Shown here: positions 43,058 to 53,987 of the stretch, one piece after another
Layout of the letters: each line of letters starts with the position of its first letter
Position numbering within the stretch: position 1 is the stretch's first letter
Source: an uncultured Planctomycetota bacterium
GTDB taxonomy: Bacteria; Planctomycetota; Planctomycetia; Isosphaerales; Isosphaeraceae
Direction: 5' to 3'
Assembly (NCBI GenBank): GCA_963845755.1
Contig: CAWJTV010000041.1
Coordinates: 448,001-512,000, forward strand
DNA: 64,000 bases
Made by a program: the position numbers and the translations under genes
Notes under the pieces: generated by a model
What the model was told of the DNA's origin: nothing
The model's database searches: none
The model's input: the letters and a program-made list of their open reading frames with translations, nothing else

Positions 43058-46000
43058 TTGCCTTTGTCGATGCGCGTGCATGAGCTGGCCAAAGAGCTGG
43101 GCATGAAGAGCCAAGAGCTGCTGGATCGCATTCAGAAGGCGGGGCTGGACGTCAAGCTCAGCGCCTTGGCGAGCCTGGACCCGGGTACGGTCGAGCGGAT
43201 CCGGTCCTTGATCAAGCAGGGGGTTGCCGGGAGGGAGGCTCGCGGTTCGAGTCCGGCGACGTCGATGCCGGGGGGCGGGCCTGCGCCGGTGCCCAAGCCG
43301 GGCGCGGCCTCACCGGTACGCGGAGGCGGTGAGCCGGCACGGCCGGCGGTTCTCGGTTCCAAGCCGGCGGTTTTGGGGCCTTCGCACGCGCCTGCGCCCC
43401 AGGGCCCTGCCCCGGCGGCGTCACCGGTGCGTACCGGAGTCCCGGCTCCCGGCCCGACCGCCGAGGCCACGCCCGGAGCGGCGTCGACGCCCGCCGGGCC
43501 GCCGCCGCCGGCTTCGACCCAGCGGATGGTTCCGGGCTCGTCCCCAGCGGGAATGTCGCGGCCGGTTGCGCCGGGCTCAGCGCCGGAGGGACCCGCTGGG
43601 CCGGCCTCGGGGCGTCCGGCCCAGGGCCCGCCGCCGTCGTCGTCGCGGCCAGGCGGCGGCTTCGAGAGGCCGGGTTCCCGCCCGGCCGGCGGCGGTCCCC
43701 TGTCGGCGCACACGCGGCATGGACAGACCGGCGGCGGCCCGCGCCCGGGTTCTTCGGGCCCGTCGGGGCATGGTCCGCGCCCCGAGTCTCGGCCGGGGTC
43801 ATCATCCGGGACACCAGGTGGTCAGGGTCTCCAACCGATGAGTCCGGACCAGTACATGTCGCCGGGCGGGGTCCGCATCATGACGCCTCGAGGGAGTGGA
43901 CCGACGGCACCGCCGCCCACCCAGCCGCGCCGCCCCGTCGAAGGACCCGGCGGCGACGGTGGCCGTCGCGAAGGTCCGCGCGCGTCCAGTCGGCCGCTGC
44001 CCCCGGTGGCCCAGCACATCCCGTCTCCGTCGCGATCGGGAGGCCCGCAACGCCAGGTCCCGCCCGCCGGGCCCAAGGCCCAGCGTCCCGAGAAGAAGAT
44101 GACGCGGGACGAGATGATGGAGATGATGCGCAAGGGGGGGCTCCAGGTGTTCCAGGCGCCGACCGGCCCCGCTCCCGGGTCTGCGCCCGGCGGCCGGGGC
44201 GGCCAGCCGCCGCGCAGTATCGGACACGGAGGCCCACCGCGCCCGGGTGGCCCGCCCGCCGGATCGCAGCCCCGGCGCATCGGGCCGGGCTTGACCTCTC
44301 CGGCAGCCCCGCCGGCCCCGCCGGTGGATGAAGAAGAAGATCGCAAGAACAAAGGCGCCCGCCTGGGCTCGCCCGCCGATCGGGCCGGCCGCCGGGCCAA
44401 GCGGAACGAGCGGGCCGGCGAACGCCGGGTCACATCCCCCGTACCCGCCGCCGCATTGCTCTCCGGCGAGGATGAGGAGTTCCGGCGCTCGCGCGGTTCG
44501 AAGAAGTCCCGGGGTGGGCATCGCGCCGTGCTGGCCCCCACTCGCAAGTCGCGCGCCCAGATCGAGCCGCCGATCAGCGTGCGGGCCCTTTCCGAAGCGA
44601 TCGGCATCAAGCACGGCGATCTGCTCCGCAAGCTGATGGGCTTGAACCAGCTCCTGACCATCAACTCCACCCTGGAGGAAGACCTCGCCGTCATGCTCTC
44701 CATGGAGTTCGGCATCGAGCTCCAGGTGGTCCACGAGACCACCCCGGAAGAGGAGATGATCGCGGCCTTCTCCGAGTCCAGCGACCCGGAGAATCTCGTG
44801 CCCCGGCCCCCGGTTATCACGATTCTTGGGCATGTCGACCACGGCAAGACCTCGCTGCTGGACCGGATCCGCAAGTCGAACGTGGTCAACTCCGAGAGTG
44901 GCGGCATCACGCAGCACATCGGCGCTTACCAGGTCGAGTCCAACGACCGGGCCATCACATTCGTCGATACGCCCGGCCACGAGGCATTCACCTCGATGTG
45001 CGCCCGCGGTGCCAATGTCACCGACATCGTCGTGCTGGTCGTTGCCGCCGACGACGGCGTCATGCCCCAGACCGTGGAGGCGATCGCCCACGCCAAGGCG
45101 GCCGAGGTGCCGATCGTCGTGGCGCTCAACAAGATCGACCTGCCCAACGTCAACAATGCCTCCAATCTCAGCAAGATCTACGGCGAGCTGTCGCAGCAGG
45201 GCCTCCACCCGGTCGAGTGGGGTGGGGACATCGAGGTCGTCAAGACCTCGGCGACGACCGGCCAGGGCATCCCCGAGCTGCTCCTGACGCTCGAGACCAT
45301 CGCCGAACTGCACGAGCTCAAGGCCGACCCGAACCGGCCGGCCAAGGGCACCTGCCTGGAGGCCTCGCTCTCCGAGGGCCGGGGCGTGGTGGCGACCGTG
45401 CTGATCCAGGAGGGGACCCTCCGCGTCGGCGAGGTCATCGTCTGCGGCACCAGCTACGGCCGGGTCCGCGCCTTGTTCAACGACAAGGGGCAATTGATCG
45501 ACCATGCCGGTCCCTCCACCCCCGTCGAGGTCTCCGGACTGGACATCGTCCCCTCCGCCGGCGAGGATGTCGGCGTCGTCGAGGACATCTCGCGCGCCCG
45601 CGAGGTCGCCGAGGCCCGGCGAACCGCGCCCGCGACGCCGCCCACTTCGATCGCCAGGCCGTCACGCTGGAGAACCTCTACAGCAAGATGGCCGAGCAGA
45701 AGATCAAGAGCCTCAACCTCATCCTCAAGGCCGACGTCCAGGGCTCCATCGAGGCCCTCACCAAGGAGCTCGAGAAGCTCCATAATGAGGAGGTCCCGCT
45801 CCGGATCCTGCTCAAGGCCGTCGGCGGCATCACCGAAAGCGACATCGTCCTGGCCGACGCCTCCCAGGCCATCGTCATCGGTTTTCGCGTCGCACCCGAG
45901 GATCGGGCGATCGCGATGGCCGAGGACAAGAATATCGAGATCCGCCGCTACGACATCATCTACCAGGTCACCGACGACATCAAGAAGGCCGTCGAGGGGA

Positions 46001-46317
46001 TGCTGGTCCCCGAAGTCAAGGAGGTCCACCTCGGCCGGGCCGTGGTCCGCCAGGTCTTCAAGATCTCCCGGGTCGGGGCCGTCGCCGGCTGCTTCGTCAC
46101 CCAGGGGATGATGGAGCGATCGGCCAAGGTCCGCCTCATCCGCGAGGGCCGCGAGATCTACAAGGGCTCCATCGAGGCGCTCAAGCGGTTCAAGGACGAC
46201 GCGAAGGAGGTCCCCCAGAACTTCGAGTGCGGCATCAAGGTCAGCAACTTCGACGACATCAAGGTCGGCGACGTCATCGAAGCTTATCGGATCGATGTCA
46301 TCCGCCGCACGCTTTGA
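43058..46317 (+). CDS. infB: Translation initiation factor IF-2; apparent frameshift near 45620
   Basis: [40 protein letters not shown]...FECGI in the shifted frame. Confidence 0.97.
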
Positions 46318-46324
46318 TCCCGTG

Positions 46325-46347
46325 AGCAGGCAGTAGGCAGTAGGTAG
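46325..46347 (+). repeat. Heptamer tandem repeat (AGTAGGC), inverted counterpart at 48347-48364
   Basis: AGCAGGC AGTAGGC AGTAGGT versus ACTGCCT ACTGCCT ACTG. Confidence 0.7.
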
Positions 46348-46363
46348 TCGGAAGTAAAGATGA

Positions 46364-46616
46364 GAGTCTGTTCCCAAAGCCCCAGAGGGGCGACCGGACG
46401 TAGCCAGGGGCGTGAGCCCCTGGACGATCGACCGCGACCCCCTCGACCGTCCTTCGAGCCCCGGAGGGGCGACAGACGTCCTCAGGGCCACAGGGTTTCT
46501 GTCGCCCCTCCGGGGCTCCCCGGATCGGGGGACCCCCTCGTCCAGGGGCTCACGCCCCTGGCTACGTGCTTCCGCCCCCCTCCGGGGGCTCGGGAAGGGA
46601 CTTATGGAACAGACTC
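46364..46616. mobile_element. MITE with GAGTCTGTTCC TIRs, TGA TSD and palindromic REP-like cargo
   Basis: GAGTCTGTTCCCAAAG and CTTATGGAACAGACTC; TGA at 46361-46363 and 46617-46619; cargo AGCCCC.GAGGGGCGAC, CCAGGGGCGTGAGCCCCTGG and their inverses. Confidence 0.82.
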
Positions 46617-46619
46617 TGA

Positions 46620-48312
46620 GTTCGACTTTGGCCGATTCTAACACCTCGACGCCCGCGGCGCGCACCCGCGATCGAGCGGGGGCGCCGCACGACCGCAATT
46701 CGCCCCGCGCGGGCTTCCTTAACGTGGCCCGGCGGCCCGTCTCAGGCGGCCGGGGCCAGTCCATTGAGCAGGATCTGCCTCAAAGGACGACCGAGTTTTG
46801 AAAAGGCTTCGCGATGACCAGGGATTGCAAAAACCCATTCCACCCACAGCCAGCGCCGTACCGCCGTGATGGCATCCGAGAACGTCACGTCGCACTTTCC
46901 CGGCCAATCCACCACCCGCGGCGTGTGTACCGTCTGGGCATCTCCGTGTACAACCACGCCACCACGGTATACAGGCAAAACAGGCACGGTGCCGCCCGCA
47001 AGACGGTCCGCCGACTCCAGCCCCGCGTCGTCTCCAGGCCGAGGTAGGAACGGACTTCTTGAAAGGTCGTCTCGATCGACCAGCGACCGGTGTAGGTCTC
47101 GATCACCGCCTGGGGGCTCATGGTCAGGTCGGTCGTGAAGAAATACTCGTCCCGGTGCGTCCCAGTCCGGTCGCGGACGAAGACCCAGAGCACCGGCACC
47201 AAGGGCCGACCACCGCGATACCAGTGACCTCGGCCACTGACTACTTCCACACGGCGGCGTCCCCCTCCGTACCAAGCGACCTTCAGCACCGAGGGCTGAC
47301 GGCAGTCGCGCACCACCTGGGCCGGCTTGGGCAGTGCCTTCCCCTTCTTGCGGGGACGATGGGCCGGCCGCTTGCCCGAGACCGGCGGCGACGGCTCGAA
47401 CAGATTGGCGTTGGGGTAGAACTTGCTGACGAACGTCAGCCGCTTGGGGTTGGCCGTGGCCAATTCGGCCAGTTCGTGGGTCGCGTAATCGCCGTCGGCC
47501 GTGGCGAGCCACGTTCGCTCCGGGAACCAGCGGATCAGGATGCGGAGCATCTGTGCCAGCAAATCCGCCGGGGTCTTGTGCGCCCGCTTGGTAACCCCGT
47601 CGGTCGCCTTGTCCTCGGGCCGATACAACGACACCATCAACGGCAAAGCCCAGGGCCGGCGGGAAAACGGCAAGTGGACCAGCAGGGCCAGGACGACCCA
47701 CTTGTGTCCCCAGCGGAAGGCGGTGAACGAGTGAGTGGAACGGACGGGATCGCGGTGACACCCTTTGCCGTAGACCCGGGGCCCGGGATGTTCGGTGACG
47801 GTATCGTCGCCGACCACGGGCACGAGGCCCTGGGGTGCGAATCGCGCCAGCACGGCGGCGATGTATCGCCGCGCCAGGGTGCGGGAGGACCAGCGGCGCT
47901 GGGAGAAGATGCGGTGATAACTACTCGAATGACCGGGGGCCAAGCCGCCGAGGCATCGGAGCAGATTGGAGAGAGTGCGTCCGCCCACCGTGAGGATGGC
48001 GGCCAGCGCCAGCAGAACCCACCGGCGGTAGACGGTGCGGCGAAAGGCCGGTTGCAGGGGGTCGAAGAGGGCGCGGACCGGCGCGGGGAGTTGGTCGTGA
48101 TTGCGGTCGAGTAGGTGTCGAGCGGCCCGCGCCTTTTGGGCTTGTCGCCGTCGCAAGACGCGGAGGTCTTTTCGAGAGATCCGCTTCCGGCGTCGAGGTG
48201 TTACAATAGTCATGGCGGCCTCCTTGTGTGCGATGTGAGAGGAGATCCCTACCCTCTATCGCACGAAGGAGGCGCAGCCCCGCGGAAGCCAAACAATCGG
48301 CAAAAGTCGAAC
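46620..48312 (-). mobile_element. IS701-like insertion sequence
   Basis: TIRs GTTCGACTTTGGCCGATT and AATCGGCAAAAGTCGAAC; TGA on both sides. Confidence 0.85.
46742..48213 (-). CDS. IS701/IS4-clan DDE transposase; apparent frameshift near 46915
   Basis: VGDDT, WGHKWV, ADGDYA, YTGRWSIETTFQE; TFSDAITAVRRWLW in the shifted frame. Confidence 0.85.
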
Positions 48313-48374
48313 TGAGACCGTACCGGCCGCTTTTCTTCCGGTGTTCACTGCCTACTGCCTACTGAGGTAAATTG

Positions 48375-48806
48375 ATGCCCTCGCACCGCAGTCTCCGCAT
48401 GGCCGAAGCGATCCGCGAAGTGGTCGCCACGGCGATCTTGTTCGACGTGGCGGATCCGCGCGTGCGGTCCGTCACGGTGCTCCGCGTCGAGGTATCGGGC
48501 GACCTGCACCAGGCCAAGGTCTATGTTTCGATCATGGGAACCGGGGCCGAGCAGCGGCGGGCGATGGAGGGCCTGAATCACGCGACGGGCTTCCTCCAGG
48601 CGCGCGTGGCGGCGCGGCTCCAGACGCGATTCACCCCGGTCCTCAGCTTCCACTCGGATGACCGGGTGAAGAAGTCGATCGAGATCGGCCGTCTGATCGA
48701 CGAAGCCGTCGCGTCGGATCAGAGGGGGGACGCCTCTCCGACTGGACTCATCCCCGCGGCCGCGAGGGAGGCCGACGACGAAGGGCGAGAGCCGGAGGAC
48801 TCGTAG
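48375..48806 (+). CDS. rbfA: Ribosome-binding factor A
   Basis: R..RMAEAIRE, DPRV, VEVSGDL..AKVYV, RFTPVLSFHSD. Confidence 0.95.
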   Translation: MPSHRSLRMAEAIREVVATAILFDVADPRVRSVTVLRVEVSGDLHQAKVYVSIMGTGAEQRRAMEGLNHATGFLQARVAARLQTRFTPVLSFHSDDRVKKSIEIGRLIDEAVASDQRGDASPTGLIPAAAREADDEGREPEDS

Positions 48807-48976
48807 CCCCACGGCGGCGCCCCTGGCATGGGCCACCCCCGCCGCGGGCGGCCGACTCGACGGCCGCCCTTCGCGACAGTCGAGACGAATCCCCGTCGCG
48901 ATGACGGCGGCGCTCGCCCGACCAATGGTCTTCGCGATCCCCTCGGGTTTCGCTTATCACCCAGTAGAATAGGATC

Positions 48977-49879
48977 ATGGCAACACAAAGCAAGGCTCAG
49001 TTCCTGACCGACGTCTATACGTTGCTCAAGCGGCGCTACAAGCCCAAGGCGGACCGCAACGCCTCCCGGCTTTCGGTCCTCAAGGCGGTCGTTTATGGGA
49101 TCTGCCACGAGGACACGACCCGCGAGCACGCCAACCAGGCCCTCTCGCGGTTCAAGGACGAGTTCTTCGATTGGAATGAGGTGCGGGTCAGCAGCCTCGA
49201 TGAGATCCAGGAGAACCTGGCCGGCATCCCCGAGGCCGAGGAGCGCGCGCGGCGCATTCGCCGTTTCCTCCGCCAGCTCTTCAACCGGACCTACGCCTTT
49301 AATCTCGACGCCCTGACCAAGAAGCCGCTCAAAGAGGCCCTCAAGGTACTCCAGACCTACGAGGCATTCGCGTCGGACTACGTCACGGCCACCGTGATCC
49401 AGCAGGCCCTCGGCGGTCACGCGATCCCGATCGACAGGCACACGCACCGCGCCCTGGTACGGCTGGGGATCACCGAGTCCACGATCCCGGACCTCCGCGC
49501 CGTGCTGGAACGGGCCGTCCCCAAGAATCGCGGCGCCGAGTTCCTCGATCTGCTCGAAGACCTCGCCAATGACACCTGCGTGGACGGCGAGCCGGATTGT
49601 CCCCGCTGCGAGCTTCGCAAGATCTGCCCCTTCGTCCAGGTGCGCAAACACGAGAGCACGTTGTCCGACTCGGCAGGCTCCGTCCGGCCCGCCAAGCCCC
49701 GCCCCGGCAAGGAAAAGGACGCGACCCGGACGCCCAAGGCCAAGCCCGTCGACGTGGCACCGCCGCCGGCCCCCGCGCCGGCTCCGCCTCCGGGCGCCAT
49801 CAAGAAGAGCCCCTCGGCGCATGCCGCCAAGGAGAATCCCTCGCCACCCAAACCCGCCCGCGGCAAGCGAAGTCATTAG
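48977..49879 (+). CDS. Endonuclease III-like (HhH-GPD) protein with [4Fe-4S] motif and Lys/Pro-rich tail
   Basis: FFDWNEVRVS, IPIDRH, CxxxxxxCxxCxxxxxC. Confidence 0.75.
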   Translation: MATQSKAQFLTDVYTLLKRRYKPKADRNASRLSVLKAVVYGICHEDTTREHANQALSRFKDEFFDWNEVRVSSLDEIQENLAGIPEAEERARRIRRFLRQLFNRTYAFNLDALTKKPLKEALKVLQTYEAFASDYVTATVIQQALGGHAIPIDRHTHRALVRLGITESTIPDLRAVLERAVPKNRGAEFLDLLEDLANDTCVDGEPDCPRCELRKICPFVQVRKHESTLSDSAGSVRPAKPRPGKEKDATRTPKAKPVDVAPPPAPAPAPPPGAIKKSPSAHAAKENPSPPKPARGKRSH

Positions 49880-49924
49880 AGCGCTTATCAGTTGCGTTGC
49901 GCGCGCCCAGAGCGATGCGAATCC

Positions 49925-50019
49925 ACCCCCCGGAACCCCCCCTTCGCAAGGGGGGGACAGGAAATGGGCCACTCCTCCTCAATGGTCCCCCCCTTGCGAA
50001 GGGGGGGTTCCGGGGGGGT
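49925..50019. repeat. REP-like inverted doublet (CCCCCCTTCGCAAGGGGGG family)
   Basis: ACCCCCCGGAACCCCCCCTTCGCAAGGGGGGGAC and its reverse complement. Confidence 0.85.
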
Positions 50020-50139
50020 TCTTTGGGAACCGGCTTCGCGTGTGTACAACTCAACCGTGAAGCGCTCTAGTCATTGATCATCGGTCACCATTGTGCGTGC
50101 CTTGCCGTGCGCGCACTCTCTTCGCCCATCGACAACGGT

Positions 50140-50562
50140 TCATTCTTCCGAACGCGCGCGCTTGGGTTTGCATGGACCAACGACGAATAAGATGTATCCC
50201 AGCAGCCCACCGAGCGTGTTGAGGATGAGGTCATCCACATCCGCGACGCGACGTCCGGAGATGTACTGTCCCACCTCGATGCTCGCGCTGACACACAAGC
50301 AGAAGAGGGCCACATGCCAGGCTGTCGTACGCCGGGGCCGGACCAGCGGTGGTATCAGGCCGATGGGGATGAAGGCCACGAGATTCCCCGCGAAATTGAC
50401 CACGAGTTGCCGACCTCCGACCCTCCAGTCCGCGATGATCGAGTGCAGCGGGCGGAAGTTTGATGGCGGATGATTCGAAGGGAACTGCAGCAGTGCGAGG
50501 TCGAGGAGTAACAGGAGGTAGGCGAGAAGGCACAGCAAGGCTACGGTCCGTCGCGTCGACAT
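50140..50562 (-). CDS. VanZ family membrane protein
   Basis: GNLVAFIPIG, IEVGQY..GRRVADVDDLILNTLG. Confidence 0.9.
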   Translation of the reverse strand: MSTRRTVALLCLLAYLLLLLDLALLQFPSNHPPSNFRPLHSIIADWRVGGRQLVVNFAGNLVAFIPIGLIPPLVRPRRTTAWHVALFCLCVSASIEVGQYISGRRVADVDDLILNTLGGLLGYILFVVGPCKPKRARSEE

Positions 50563-50660
50563 CGGATTTCAAGTCGCTCCATTCCGACAGGGGGAATCGG
50601 TCAAGCCCGTGCGCATCACTTGGGGATTCCAGGGCGGCCTTCGTCCGCAGCCCACGAGGA

Positions 50661-50765
50661 ATTCCGGATTCGAGATTCCGGATTCGAGATTCCGGATTCG
50701 AGATTCCGGATTCGAGATTCCGGATTCGAGATTCCGGATTCGAGATTCGAGATTCCCGATTCAAG
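50661..50765. repeat. Tandem repeat (ATTCCGGATTCGAG)x6 plus three degenerate heptamers
   Basis: Six perfect 14-mers at 50661-50744; partial inverted copy at 50798-50812. Confidence 0.95.
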
Positions 50766-51042
50766 AGACCGGAATCGACTCCTTCGCGGATGGGGAATCT
50801 TGAATTGGGAATCGAGGATTCCTCAGTTGCGCGGTGCGGAGATCCTGCAAAATTCACATTGTCTATCGACCGTACTCGGGATTGGTGAATCCGCCTCGCT
50901 GCGAGGGTCCCACGCGCCATTCGGGATACTCCCCTTGCGTATCCTGCTCTTCGTAATGCCAAGAGATTGTATATTCTGTAGTGACTCGCACGTTATACTA
51001 CGGACCGTGAATCACACGACAAGACAACTCGGAGATGCAATC

Positions 51043-51510
51043 ATGGCGACAGTGATACCACGAAATCAAGGGAAGACCGAATTCGTCCGATCCGTGCTCA
51101 CGAAGGACCCGCGCGCGAATGCCAAGTCTGTGAAGGACGCATGGGAGGAGTCCGGACATGACGGGACGATCAGTGAGACGTTGGTCAACAAGATGAGGTC
51201 GGAGATGGGCCTGGCCGGGAACCTGCGCGGCCGTCCCAAGGGCTCGAAGACAGCAACGGCCGAGAAGCCCAAGTATACCGGGAAGAAGCGGGGGCGGAAA
51301 CCCAAGTCGGCCCAGGTCGCTCCCAACAACGGACGATCGGTGGAGGAGCCGCGCGCGAAGTCGACTGGCCGACACAATCAACTGGCCGCCCTCGAAGCCG
51401 AGATCGACGTCTTGCTCTTCAAGGTAATGAATCTCGGCGGTCTGGAGGAGATCGAGAATAGCCTGAGGAAGACGCGTCGCCTGCTCTACGGAGCGCTCAC
51501 GGGGGGTTGA
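51043..51510 (+). CDS. Basic hypothetical protein with AT-hook-like motifs
   Basis: GGAG RBS; 155 aa; RGRPK and KKRGRKPK. Confidence 0.7.
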   Translation: MATVIPRNQGKTEFVRSVLTKDPRANAKSVKDAWEESGHDGTISETLVNKMRSEMGLAGNLRGRPKGSKTATAEKPKYTGKKRGRKPKSAQVAPNNGRSVEEPRAKSTGRHNQLAALEAEIDVLLFKVMNLGGLEEIENSLRKTRRLLYGALTGG

Positions 51511-51582
51511 GTCGGATCGCCACGGACCCCCGAGTTGCTACAGGTCGAGGGAGGCTGGCAACCGCCGCCCGCGGCTCGCAAG

Positions 51583-52639
51583 TCATCCGAGAGCGTTCGA
51601 GACCTCGTCTTTCGAGAATTCGACGACCGCCGTGCACGAATCGGCCGCGCCGTAGTAGACGAGGAAGGCGCCCGCCGTCTCGACGATCCCGGTGGGGAAC
51701 ACGACATCCGGGACGAAGCCCTTTCGTTCGAACTCGGCCGTGGGCTCGAAGACGGATGCGGCCGTGCGGCGAAGGATCTTCGCCGGGTCGTCGGGGTCGA
51801 GTAAGAGAACACCCGTCGAATAGATTCCCACCTCGCCGGGACGGGTCGGCTGGCGGTTGCCGTGGTAGATCTCCAACCATCCGTCATCGACGCGCAACGG
51901 CGGCGTACCAGCACCGACGCGCCCGGTCTCCCACTCGGCATCGCCGCCGTGCAGGCACTCGTGCCGGCCCCAGTGGATCAGGTCGGGGGACCGCGCGACC
52001 CACATCTCGGGCCGGCAGAACGGCGTGGCCGCGTTCGGGCGATGGAGCGCGACAAACTCACCGCCGATCGGCTCGGGGAACAAGACCACGTCCTTGTTCT
52101 CGGGGCAGAAGATCACGCCATGGCGCTCGAAGTGGCGAAAGTCCCGCGTCGAGGCCAGCGCCGTCGCCGCACCGTGCCGCGATACGGAAACATAAGTGAA
52201 CAGATAACGATCATCGAGTTTCGTGATCCGCGGGTCCTCGACCCCGAATTCCTCCATCTCCGAATCGGGCAGGAACCGGACATCCGTCACTTCACGCACG
52301 GATCGGCCGTCGCCGCATTTCACCACGCGCAGGTGCGAGATGAACGTCAGCCGCACGAGGCCGTCGGCCTTGCGCCTCACCACGCGGGGATCGAGCACCT
52401 CGATCGAATCGTCGGGCAACCAATCGATCGTCAGGCCCTGGCCGGGGGCCCATCGCGGCGACGCGGTGAAACCGGCCCGACGCTCGCGGGGACGCTCCGC
52501 GACCCGGACCATCAGGATCACCTCGTCCCCCGCGGATCGCGCCCGGATTGAAGACCCCGACGACCTCGAAGTCGTCGCGCGACGGTTCCAGGTCGGCCGG
52601 ACGGAGCAATAACCGCTCGAAATGGCGTTGCAAGAGCAT
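51583..52639 (-). CDS. GH130-family glycosidase/phosphorylase; apparent frameshift near 52525
   Basis: GVFNPGA, GVEDPRIT, ENKDVVLFP, GAGTPP, GFVPDVVFPTG, YYGAAD. Confidence 0.88.
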
Positions 52640-52936
52640 CGCGGACTCCTTTTCGCAATGGCTGGGCTCGTCCCTCACACGGCCAGCGGAGACCCGAGAT
52701 CCATCCTCATCACCGCGGCGGTGGGAACTCCCCATCATGCACTGCGCTCCAAGAAAATGCCACGCCCAACCGGTCGATCGATCGCGTCGGCCGCCGGCCT
52801 TGGTGACCCGATCGAGACGGGATTCCGCGAGGACACGGGGTGGTGTCCCCATAGGCGTTGACTTAACGAGGAGACCCTGTGAAATCCGCCGGGTTTTCGA
52901 GACGTCGCGTGCACGACCGCCCCGGGTCCGGAGTCC

Positions 52937-52965
52937 CTCGTTCCCACGGTCCCCGTGGGAACGAG
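52937..52965. repeat. Single REP hairpin CTCGTTCCCACGGTCCCCGTGGGAACGAG
   Basis: Same family as the cargo of the MITEs at 12063 and 53257. Confidence 0.75.
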
Positions 52966-53256
52966 ATCCCTCCCACCGATCGGGGCATCACACCTCCCGG
53001 ACGGCATCGCCTGCGGATTGCCGGCATTCCCCCAGGAAAACTGACCCTGGGACATCACCGAAAAAACGAGACTTCTCGCCCAATACCACCAGGACCGGGG
53101 CCGGCCGAAGCGGGTCGTGGCCCCGAAGGGGTCAAACATACCAGCCCGGGGCAACGCCCCGGGACGGTGGCGACGACCACCCCGAGGGCAGCCCTGAAAG
53201 GGCGAAACAGGCTGGGTCGGAGCCTTCGCCTGTGCCGCCCTTTCAGGGCTTGTTCA

Positions 53257-53453
53257 GAGTCTGTAGCAACGAGACCGGGTGATAGGAACTCGTTCCCACG
53301 CTCCTGCGTGGGAATGCCGTCTTGGCCGCTCTGCGGCCCCGGCGACGCGGAGCGTCGCACCCGGACGTTCCCACGCAGAGCATGGGAACGAGGATCCCGA
53401 TGGTGTGAGGACGAGGCCTTCCTTCCTGAGCCCGGTTCCGTTGCTATAGTCTC
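53257..53453. mobile_element. Nested MITE (197 bp) with perfect 8-bp TSD and REP cargo
   Basis: TIRs GAGTCTGTAGCAAC and GTTGCTATAGTCTC; TSD CTTGTTCA at 53249-53256 and 53454-53461. Confidence 0.88.
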
Positions 53454-53485
53454 CTTGTTCATGGGGTTTTTCGGTTCCCGGGGCG

Positions 53486-53987
53486 ATCGCCAAGGGCTAC
53501 AAATTGCACGCCGTCTGGAGCAACCGTCCGATGCCCGAGGTGTGTTCGATCACACCGCTGAATGTCGCCGAGACCAAGGCCGCCGAGCAGTTGCTGCCGG
53601 AATTGGCCGACTGCGGCGGCGGTGGCTACGTGCTGGGCGATGGCGAGTACGACGCCAACCCGGTCTTCGACGCGGCGGGCCCGCGGGCTACCAGTTGGTA
53701 GCCCCGCGCGAGGACCCCAGGCCGGACTGGGACACCGCCGCCAAAGCCCGTACCGCCTCCGCTGCATCGAGCTGTTGCAGGGAGATTTCGGGAAGAGCCT
53801 CTACGCGATGCGCGGCGCGATCGAGCGATCCTTCGGCCAGGCGACCTCCTTCGGTGGCGGCCTGGGTCCGCTGCCGGCCTGGGTGCGCCGGTCGTGGCGG
53901 GTGTGGCGTTGGGTCTGGGCCAAACTGCTGATCAATGCTGTGCGGATCGTGAATCGACAAGGACTTACGTTCAAATGGAATAATTGG
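53486..53987 (+). pseudogene. C-terminal fragment of an IS5/IS4-clan DDE transposase
   Basis: AKGYKLHAVW, LGDGEYD, RGAIERSFG, PLPAWVRR..WVWAKLLIN; frameshifted, no N-terminus. Confidence 0.75.

Noticed and set aside
45560..45680. Programmed frameshift or pseudogenisation of infB
   Set aside because: No slippery motif is evident, the gene is essential, and similar breaks occur throughout the window
50661..50765. CRISPR array or coding repeat (ORFs 50231-50962, 50460-50888, extended 50620 start)
   Set aside because: Pure tandem repeat without spacers; the ORFs crossing it are low-complexity read-throughs
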